A stretch of 64,000 nucleotides of DNA, from contig JBGCFM010000046.1 of NCBI GenBank assembly GCA_045106895.1, forward strand, positions 1 to 64,000, written 5' to 3'. Under the pieces are notes generated by a model, which made no database searches, was not told the origin of the DNA, and was given only the letters and a program-made list of their open reading frames with translations. The position numbers and the translations under genes are program-made. The stretch's first letter is position 1. Every line of letters begins with the position of its first letter. Of this stretch, positions 43,913-50,964 are shown one piece after another. Source of the DNA: Polyangiales bacterium. Lineage in GTDB: Bacteria; Myxococcota_A; Polyangia; Polyangiales; Houyiibacteriaceae.

Positions 43913-45103
43913 ATGCTCGCCCTCAAGCTTGCGTTTCGTTTTCTGCGCGAAGGGCTCACTCAATCGCTGCTCATCGTGAGCGGCGTCACCGTCGGCATCG
44001 CGGCGTACGTGTTCGTGTCGGCGCTGATGACGGGACTCGCGGCGAACCTCGTGGATCAGACACTCGGCGCTCAGGCGCACATCGTGATCTCTCCGGCGGA
44101 GGAGACGCCGCGCATTCTGATGGATGGGCCAGAGCTCTTCGCGCGCCAAGTCCAGGCTGCGGAGCCGACGCGTCGTCCCTTCGACCAGTGGCAGCGGACC
44201 CTCGCTCGTGTCGAGAGCTCGGGCTTGGCAACGGCGGTCTGCGCCAAAGTCACCGGACCGATCATCATGAGCCGCGGTGGCGCTCAACAAGGCGGTCTCC
44301 TCGTCGGCGCCGACGCCGCCCGGCTTCGTGGCATTATCGACTTCCCGAGCTACATGGTACGCGGCGCGTACCGCCTTGGAAGCGATGACGCGCTTATCGG
44401 AGACGGCCTCGCAGAGACCCTCGGTCTATCCGTTGGAAGCTTGCTGCGCGTGCGCAGCGGCGAGCGTGAAACAACCCTTCGTGTCTCGGGCATCTTCCAC
44501 CTCGGAAACGCCGGTGTCGACGATGCTTGGGTGGTGAGCTCACTCCGCAACGCCCAGACGCTCCTCGACCGTGTCGGCGATATCAGCGCCATCGACATCC
44601 GCGTGGAAGAGCCCTTCGACGCGGAAGCGCTGGCGACGCGCCTCAGCGAACGGACAGGCCTGGAAGCGCAGAGCTGGATGGCGCGCAACCAACAACTCCT
44701 CGTCGCCCTCGAGAGCCAAGGGCGCTCCAGCCAGATGATCAACATCTTCGTATTGCTCGCCGTGGCGATGGGCATCGCGAGCGTGCTCGTCGTGAGCGTC
44801 GTTCAGCGCCAAGGGCAGATCGGAATACTCCGGGCCATTGGAACATCACGCCGAACGGTCTTGAGCATCTTCCTCTGGCAAGGCGCGCTCCTCGGCGTGA
44901 GCGGCGCAATCCTTGGGATCCTACTCGGCGCGCTCGTCGCGAGCTGGTTAGGCGGCCTGGTTCAGTTCGACATCGTCGTGTCGCTCAATCTCGTGCTCTC
45001 GGCGCTCGGGATTTCCCTCATGACCGGGGTGCTCGCCGCGATTCTCCCCGCGCGAAGCGCCGCGCGCATGGACCCCGCCGTCGCCATCCGAGGTGACGCA
45101 TGA
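43913..45103 (+). CDS. ABC transporter permease (LolE/MacB/FtsX-like)
   Basis: LA.RFLREG..Q, periplasmic domain, IGILRA.G, PAR.AA..DP..AIRG. Confidence 0.9.
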   Translation: MLALKLAFRFLREGLTQSLLIVSGVTVGIAAYVFVSALMTGLAANLVDQTLGAQAHIVISPAEETPRILMDGPELFARQVQAAEPTRRPFDQWQRTLARVESSGLATAVCAKVTGPIIMSRGGAQQGGLLVGADAARLRGIIDFPSYMVRGAYRLGSDDALIGDGLAETLGLSVGSLLRVRSGERETTLRVSGIFHLGNAGVDDAWVVSSLRNAQTLLDRVGDISAIDIRVEEPFDAEALATRLSERTGLEAQSWMARNQQLLVALESQGRSSQMINIFVLLAVAMGIASVLVVSVVQRQGQIGILRAIGTSRRTVLSIFLWQGALLGVSGAILGILLGALVASWLGGLVQFDIVVSLNLVLSALGISLMTGVLAAILPARSAARMDPAVAIRGDA

Positions 45104-45804
45104 GCGAGCTTCTTCTTTCTCTCCGCGACGTCCGCAAGTCCTTCGGCGATGAAGTGAAGGTGGAAGTCCTTCACGGCATCGACCTGAAGCTCTACGCCGG
45201 CGAGATGACCGCGCTCATCGGGCCTAGCGGCTCCGGCAAGAGCACTCTGCTCAATCAGATCGGGCTCCTCGATAGGCCAAGCTCGGGTACCATTGAGCTT
45301 CTTGGCAAGGACATCAGCTCCCTTGACGACGCCGGCTTAACGGCGCTGCGTGGTCGCTCGCTGGGCTTCATCTTTCAGTCCCACCACCTGCTCCCGGCGT
45401 TGAGCGTCCTGGAAAACGTGATGATGCCAGCCGCCGCCGTCGGCGGAGGATTCACGCGCGAAATGGAGCCACGCGCACAGTCGCTCCTGGACGCCGTGGG
45501 CCTAGGCGACCGAACGGACTCATTCCCGAGGCAGCTCTCGGGCGGTATGCAGCAGCGCGTCGCCGTGGCGCGAGCGCTGATGAACGAGCCTTCTCTTGTC
45601 CTCGCCGATGAGCCAACGGGCAACTTGGACACGGAAAGCAGTGACCGAGTCTTCGAACTCCTCACGCGACGCAACGAAGAGGAGCAGACCTCGTTCCTCA
45701 TCGTCACCCACAGCCACGACCTCGCTCGGCGCTGTCGGCGTGTCGTCCGTATCGTCGACGGGCGCATCGATGGCGACGGAACGCCGGCCGAAGTTTTGGG
45801 CTAG
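45100..45804 (+). CDS. ABC transporter ATP-binding protein (LolD-like)
   Basis: GPSGSGKST, GFIFQ.HHLL, LSGGMQQR, LADEPTGNLD, VTH. Confidence 0.95.
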   Translation: MSELLLSLRDVRKSFGDEVKVEVLHGIDLKLYAGEMTALIGPSGSGKSTLLNQIGLLDRPSSGTIELLGKDISSLDDAGLTALRGRSLGFIFQSHHLLPALSVLENVMMPAAAVGGGFTREMEPRAQSLLDAVGLGDRTDSFPRQLSGGMQQRVAVARALMNEPSLVLADEPTGNLDTESSDRVFELLTRRNEEEQTSFLIVTHSHDLARRCRRVVRIVDGRIDGDGTPAEVLG

Positions 45805-45825
45805 GACGCAACGAAGCGCACTCTC

Positions 45826-45918
45826 GCGCAATTCTTGCGACGACTCGCGCAACCCGTGCGCGAGGCGACATGCGGCGTCCCCCTGAGCCAACGAAGCATC
45901 TTTGGCACGGGTTCTGCT
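45826..45918 (+). promoter_or_regulatory. sigma54 promoter with tandem upstream palindromes
   Basis: TGGCACGGGTTCTGCT at 45903-45918; GCGCA-N5-TGCGA at 45826-45840 and GCGCA-N5-TGCGC at 45847-45861. Confidence 0.7.
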
Positions 45919-46027
45919 GGCGAGGCTCCCGGGTGCATCGCGCGCCCACCAAGGGGGCACGTATGAGCAAGTGGACGAAAAGGTTGGAGTTGCGAGGGCC
46001 GCGCTGCGTCAGATTCGGCGGTCCCAA

Positions 46028-46666
46028 GTGAGCTCTTTTCCCGTCGGACTTCGCTCCTGCGGAGGCGCGGAGCATCAGCACGTGCCACGCCTCATTGCCC
46101 TTACGGGAGGCCCCGGAGCCGGCAAGACAGCGGTTCTTGAGATGGCTAGCCGCGCGTTTTGTCGCCACGTGGCGATTCTCCCGGAGGCCGCCGGCATCGT
46201 ATTCGGTGGCGGCTTCCCGCGCGCCCCGGGGGAGTTGGTGTTGCGTGCGTCCCAGCGTGCGATCTTCGGCATTCAACGTGAGGTCGAGCGGCTGGTGCTC
46301 GATGAAGGCGAAGTCGCGTTGGGTTTGTGCGACCGCGGCAGCATCGATGGGGTCGCGTATTGGCCGGGGCCTCGAGAGTCATTCTTCACGGAGTTCGACA
46401 CGAGCATTCAATTGGAATTGGCCCGTTACGCCGCGGTCATTCACCTTGAAACACCGCACGCGACGCAGGGCTATAACCGCTCCAACGCTCTGCGCGTAGA
46501 GACCGCCGAGGAGGCACGCGTCATCGACGAGCGCATCGCGGATGCGTGGCGTGCCCACCCTCGACGTTTCACCATTCCGAGCACAGCGAACTTTGTCGAC
46601 AAGGCGCTTTTGGCGCTCGCGAAGATTCGCGGCGAGTTGCCCGAGTGCTGTCGGTCCTCGGACTGA
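46028..46666 (+). CDS. AAA_28 / NadR-like P-loop ATPase (nucleotide kinase-like)
   Basis: LTGGPGAGKT, PEAA, CDRG..DG.AY, Y.AVIHL, N..R.E...EA..ID; start uncertain (GTG 46028). Confidence 0.85.
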   Translation: MSSFPVGLRSCGGAEHQHVPRLIALTGGPGAGKTAVLEMASRAFCRHVAILPEAAGIVFGGGFPRAPGELVLRASQRAIFGIQREVERLVLDEGEVALGLCDRGSIDGVAYWPGPRESFFTEFDTSIQLELARYAAVIHLETPHATQGYNRSNALRVETAEEARVIDERIADAWRAHPRRFTIPSTANFVDKALLALAKIRGELPECCRSSD

Positions 46667-46675
46667 CGACTCGCC

Positions 46676-46767
46676 GCGCAGAAACTGCGCGGTCCTTCGC
46701 CATCCACGCAAAAAGCGCCGCTGCGCGTAGGAAATGTCGAGGAGTGGCCTCTGGTGCGCTTCGTGCA
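46676..46767 (+). promoter_or_regulatory. sigma54 promoter with upstream palindrome
   Basis: GCGCA-GAAAC-TGCGC at 46676-46690; TGGTGCGCTTCGTGCA (GG-N10-GC) at 46752-46767, 13 nt before ATG 46780. Confidence 0.6.
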
Positions 46768-46779
46768 GCACCCAGGCCG

Positions 46780-47643
46780 ATGTCCAACCAGCGACCGGTC
46801 CGTAACTACATGACGCCGCTTCCGCACACCATCGGTGCGGAGCAGTCCCTCGCGAGCGCGTCGCGTCGCATGAGCCAGCTTGGTGTCAGGCACCTTCCTG
46901 TGCTTCAGGGAGGGCTCCTGTGCGGCGTGGTGTCGGAGCGCGATATTCTGTTTCTTCGTTCCCACACCGGCATCGATCCCGAGCGAACGAGTGTCGAGGA
47001 GGCCATGAGCGCCGAGCCCTTTGTGGTCGGCCCGGAGATGCCCATCGGCGCCGTAGCGCGGAGCATGTCGAAGCGACGCATCGGCTCCGTGGTCGTCGTC
47101 GAAGGTCAAGATGTGGTGGGCATCCTGACAACGACGGATGCCTTGGCCATTCTCGCTGACGTCGTCGACAGTGTGGGCATCGCGCCGGCGCCACCGGCGC
47201 TCGTACCGAGCGTCGTGCGGGTGCGTGTGTTGGAGGAGCACGTGGCGCTCCGCGGGTTGCTCGCCACGATGAGCAGTCTCGCTGAGCGCGTGCTCGACAC
47301 GGACAACGCCCTCGATGAAGAGCTGCCGCTTCAGGCGCGCGAGGTCTATCGAGCGCTCATCCGTCATCTGGACCTCGAGGACCTTATTCTCGCGCCTGCG
47401 CTGAGATCTGCAGATGCGTGGGGCGAGGTTCGCGCAGACGCCCTCGTCGCGGAGCACCGTCGCCAAAGGGAGCAGTTTCGCGCCGCCTTTGCCGACCAAG
47501 ATGGGGGCGGCAGCGTCAAGCTCGCCTCCGGGCTGCTGAGAATCGCTCCGCTCATCCTCGAAGACATGGCGCACGAAGAGGAGGAGCTGCTGACGGAGGC
47601 CCTCCTCGGAGACGACGTCGCGATGGTCGCGCCGGGAGCGTGA
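46780..47643 (+). CDS. CBS-pair + hemerythrin-like domain protein
   Basis: YMT..P.TI, VRHLPV, G.VSERD, GI.TTTDAL; then EEH..LR, HL..E..IL.P, AEH..Q, M..EE..L. Confidence 0.85.
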   Translation: MSNQRPVRNYMTPLPHTIGAEQSLASASRRMSQLGVRHLPVLQGGLLCGVVSERDILFLRSHTGIDPERTSVEEAMSAEPFVVGPEMPIGAVARSMSKRRIGSVVVVEGQDVVGILTTTDALAILADVVDSVGIAPAPPALVPSVVRVRVLEEHVALRGLLATMSSLAERVLDTDNALDEELPLQAREVYRALIRHLDLEDLILAPALRSADAWGEVRADALVAEHRRQREQFRAAFADQDGGGSVKLASGLLRIAPLILEDMAHEEEELLTEALLGDDVAMVAPGA

Positions 47644-47697
47644 ATACGTCGCGGCCAAGCATCCGAACCGTTCTTCCAATGACCAAAAAGCAGTCCT

Positions 47698-48615
47698 ATG
47701 CCCACCATTGACCGAATTCTCTGTCCTACGGACTTCTCCGAGCAAGCGTCGCACGCTCTGACCTACGCCCTTCGCTTGGCCGAAGGCCTCCACGCCGAAG
47801 TCACGTTGCTGCACGTGTGTCCGAGTTTCCCCTATCTCACGCCCGGTGAAGACTACGCGCCGCTCGCCGATGAAGAGCGAGCCATCATGGAGAGCGCGCA
47901 GAAGGAGCTTGATAGCTGGGTTCGGAAGTTCTCGAAGACGACCACCGTGCCGCTGAAGTCACGACTCGACGAAGGCCACGCGTACAAGAAGATCAACGCG
48001 GCCGCCGACGAACTCTATGCGGGCCTCATCGTGATGGGCACTCATGGCCGGAGCGGCTTGTCGCGGATGGTGATGGGCAGCGTGGCCGAGAGGACCATTC
48101 GAACCTCGTCTCGCCCGGTCCTGACCATCCCTCGCGCGATGGCGAAGACGGTGCAACTCAGCGGAGCGCCCTCCGGCGGGAACATCGAGACCCCTCCGCA
48201 TATTCTCCTCGCGACGGACTTCTCTGACCCCGCCGACCGGGCCTGCGAGCTGGCCAAGACACTCCGCGAGTCTTTTGGCGCTACGGTTCATGTGGTGCAC
48301 GTCATCCTTCGTCCTGACGACGAGGTCTTTGGGGGCGACAGTCATCTTCATGACAAACGCTTCGCTGCCTACGAACTTGGACTTGAGACGACACTCGAGG
48401 CCTTTGGGCGGAGCTTTGGGCCCGGCCCGAAGGTCACGACGAAGCTGCTCAAAGGCAAACCCGTAGAGCGTATCCTCGCCGCCGCCCGCGCCACGAAGGC
48501 GGACCTCGTTTGTGTGGGTACGACGGGGCGAGGGATGGTCGATCGACTTCTCATGGGAAGCACTGCGAGGGCTCTCATTCGCGACAGCGATGTGCCGGTG
48601 CTGATAACCCCTTGA
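47698..48615 (+). CDS. Universal stress protein (tandem USP domains)
   Basis: ILCPTDFS, IVMGTHGRSG...MGSVAE; ILLATDFS, VGTTGRG...MGSTA. Confidence 0.94.
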   Translation: MPTIDRILCPTDFSEQASHALTYALRLAEGLHAEVTLLHVCPSFPYLTPGEDYAPLADEERAIMESAQKELDSWVRKFSKTTTVPLKSRLDEGHAYKKINAAADELYAGLIVMGTHGRSGLSRMVMGSVAERTIRTSSRPVLTIPRAMAKTVQLSGAPSGGNIETPPHILLATDFSDPADRACELAKTLRESFGATVHVVHVILRPDDEVFGGDSHLHDKRFAAYELGLETTLEAFGRSFGPGPKVTTKLLKGKPVERILAAARATKADLVCVGTTGRGMVDRLLMGSTARALIRDSDVPVLITP

Positions 48616-48644
48616 GCCAGCGCACTCGCTCCTCCGATGCCGTG

Positions 48645-48770
48645 CTAGCTCATCGACGCCGCGCTGTTTGGAAAGAGGGCGAGGGCTGCCATGACGGCGA
48701 GCAAGATGAGCAGAGCGACCCATGCCCAAGGCGAAATGGAGCGCTTCTTGTCTTGTGAAGGAAGTGTCAT
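48645..48770 (-). CDS. Unannotated 41-aa single-TM small protein
   Basis: MTLPSQDKKRSISPWAWVALLILLAVMAALALFPNSAASMS*; preceded by a sigma54 consensus. Confidence 0.6.
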   Translation of the reverse strand: MTLPSQDKKRSISPWAWVALLILLAVMAALALFPNSAASMS

Positions 48771-48782
48771 GAAGAGAACGTT

Positions 48783-48798
48783 TGCGAACTCTGTGCCA
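48783..48798 (-). promoter_or_regulatory. sigma54 (-24/-12) promoter for the 41-aa peptide
   Basis: Minus strand TGGCACAGAGTTCGCA (GG-N10-GC), with the TSS expected 2-3 nt before ATG 48770. Confidence 0.65.
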
Positions 48799-48812
48799 CC
48801 GTTGAGCTTCCC

Positions 48813-49844
48813 TTAGAAGGTGAGTGACTCACCCTCCGCCTTCGCGGAGCGCGCGGCAAGCCACGGGCCCAGCGTGAGCGCGACGATGGCCGCGATGACG
48901 AGGCCAGCGCCGGCGAGCTGGTACATGGAGGGCCACTCGGCACCCAGGAAGACGGCGAGGATGCCCGAGGCGACGACGCCGGCGAGGATGCTGGAGCTTC
49001 GGTTCACGGGCACGCTGAATGTGTTTTCGCTTGGGTCGAGGAACACCAAGGTGCCAAAGATCCCAGTGCCCTGAGAAAGCACGCCGAGGAACATGGTGGG
49101 CAGGATGGCAGCAGCGGGGAGTGCGACGAACCCATCGCGAATCGCGCCGAGTACGGGCCCCGTCCCAACGAGCGCCGCGATGCAGAGAATCGCGACGGTG
49201 AGTGGGGTGGCGACGAGCTGCTCTTCGACGAAATAGCGGAGCGTCGCCTCGCGCTCTTTGGACTTGGCCTGTCCGCTCATGATGCGGAGCCGCACGAGGT
49301 AGGCGGTGAGGTAAAAGAGCACGTCGAGGGCGCACGTCAGCGTAATCGCGTATCCGCCTTTCTCCGCGAAGGCGACGACGAGGGCGGCCATGCTCAGCGC
49401 CAGCCCCACGAAGGAGAACCAGCGCGCCTTTCGTCCGCTGAGGGCATCGACGACGGGCGCGATGATGAGGACTCCGCCGCGCATCAGGAGCATGATGAAG
49501 ACGATGGACACGCCTTCGAAGGTGTAGGCGAGAGTCGTCGTGGCGATGATCATCGCGGTGCATGCGCCGGACAGAGCGGTGAGGCGCCTCGGGACCGGCC
49601 AGCTGCGGCCGAGGAAACGCCGCTGCGTCGCATGTTTCCACCAATCCATCTTCGTCAAAAAAAGCAGCATGACGCCGAGGGAGGTGAGCGTAGAGATCGG
49701 CAGCAGGCTAAGCCCGGCGATGGCGTCGGCGCCGGGATAGAGGCCGCTTGACAGCGCCTTGGTCAACGCCGAGTAAGGCGCGTACGCGGCAAAATAGCCG
49801 AAGGCAAAAAGCCAGATAGAGTTATTGCCAGCGTTCTTTGCCAC
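48813..49844 (-). CDS. Polytopic membrane protein (about 10 TM, DMT/EamA-like)
   Basis: About ten hydrophobic segments in 343 aa. Confidence 0.7.
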   Translation of the reverse strand: MAKNAGNNSIWLFAFGYFAAYAPYSALTKALSSGLYPGADAIAGLSLLPISTLTSLGVMLLFLTKMDWWKHATQRRFLGRSWPVPRRLTALSGACTAMIIATTTLAYTFEGVSIVFIMLLMRGGVLIIAPVVDALSGRKARWFSFVGLALSMAALVVAFAEKGGYAITLTCALDVLFYLTAYLVRLRIMSGQAKSKEREATLRYFVEEQLVATPLTVAILCIAALVGTGPVLGAIRDGFVALPAAAILPTMFLGVLSQGTGIFGTLVFLDPSENTFSVPVNRSSSILAGVVASGILAVFLGAEWPSMYQLAGAGLVIAAIVALTLGPWLAARSAKAEGESLTF

Positions 49845-49894
49845 GTGTTGACCATAAGCATGGGAGGAGCGAGCCGCTGTGCGTCAACGCGCAG

Positions 49895-50881
49895 TCAACC
49901 TCCGCACATGGCATCGTACTGCGGGTCACGAGCCCGGTAGCTCGGGTCGGTGCATTCGCACCAGCGTTCCAGTCCGCATTGGTCTCGACTGCGATGACAG
50001 GGAGGGCACTCGTTGCAGTGGGCGTCGCTTCCCGGGTCGTAGTCCGTGGGACAGAGCGCACGTTCGTTCGCGCTATCCCAAACCGTCGGGTCACCGCTCT
50101 CGCGAAACACCAGCGTGCAGCTTGCGCCGTGATTCAACCCAGCGACGGCCTCAGCGCTGCGAACCTGCGGCGGCAGGCAATCGCAGCTGCAGCGAATTCG
50201 GCACATGCCCTCGCCGGTGCACTCCATGTTGTCGTTTGGTTCGACGCCGCATCCGCAGTTCCCGGCTAGACGGCAATCGCTCACGCCGCCATGGGCGTCG
50301 CGATGTCCGCCCGCGCAAGGGCGGCCGCACCCGTCGTCTTCCCCGCAGAGGCTGTCGCTGCAGTTCGGCACGCACGATACGTCGGTGTCGGCGTCCGGCG
50401 TTCCTCCATCTTGCGTCCCGCCATCGCTTCCGCCGTTTACGCGTACGGTGCACGTGCCGTACACGCGCTCCTCTGGGTCTGCGACGAGCTCCAGCGTCAG
50501 TCGCGTGGGGGCATGGCCATCGACAATGAATCGCCACTGAAAGGGCGGCTCGTCGCTTTCGAGTTCATCGAAGCGAGCGACGGGCGCTCCAGCGCCGCTC
50601 GTGCGCAGGTTGATGTTCGTGAGGCCAGACGTCGGATGCGTGAAGCGGACGACCAGGGGTGCGCCGCTGAGCGCTGTGCCTTCGATTTCAAAGCCATCAT
50701 CGCAAGGCAGCGGTTGCGGCACGTCGGTGGGTGCGCCGGTGTCCGTGAAAACGACGTCTGCGCCCGCATCGGCCAAGGTCGTATCCTCATCGTGTGCATC
50801 GGCGCCGCCATCGACTCGCCCAGGCGGCGGCTCCCCGGCACACGAGACGAGCAAAACGAGCAGGGTGCGGAGCCAGCGCAT
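49895..50881 (-). CDS. Cys-rich hypothetical lipoprotein
   Basis: Lipobox LVSC; C.P.C....CG.DDGCG..C motif; Cys-dense C-terminus. Confidence 0.75.
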   Translation of the reverse strand: MRWLRTLLVLLVSCAGEPPPGRVDGGADAHDEDTTLADAGADVVFTDTGAPTDVPQPLPCDDGFEIEGTALSGAPLVVRFTHPTSGLTNINLRTSGAGAPVARFDELESDEPPFQWRFIVDGHAPTRLTLELVADPEERVYGTCTVRVNGGSDGGTQDGGTPDADTDVSCVPNCSDSLCGEDDGCGRPCAGGHRDAHGGVSDCRLAGNCGCGVEPNDNMECTGEGMCRIRCSCDCLPPQVRSAEAVAGLNHGASCTLVFRESGDPTVWDSANERALCPTDYDPGSDAHCNECPPCHRSRDQCGLERWCECTDPSYRARDPQYDAMCGG

Positions 50882-50964
50882 TCGTCGAGGATATCACTGC
50901 GGGCGCAGCTTCTTCCGGCGCAGCCTCTCACCACCTAAGAAATTGCGTGGTAGGCTCACTTGTT

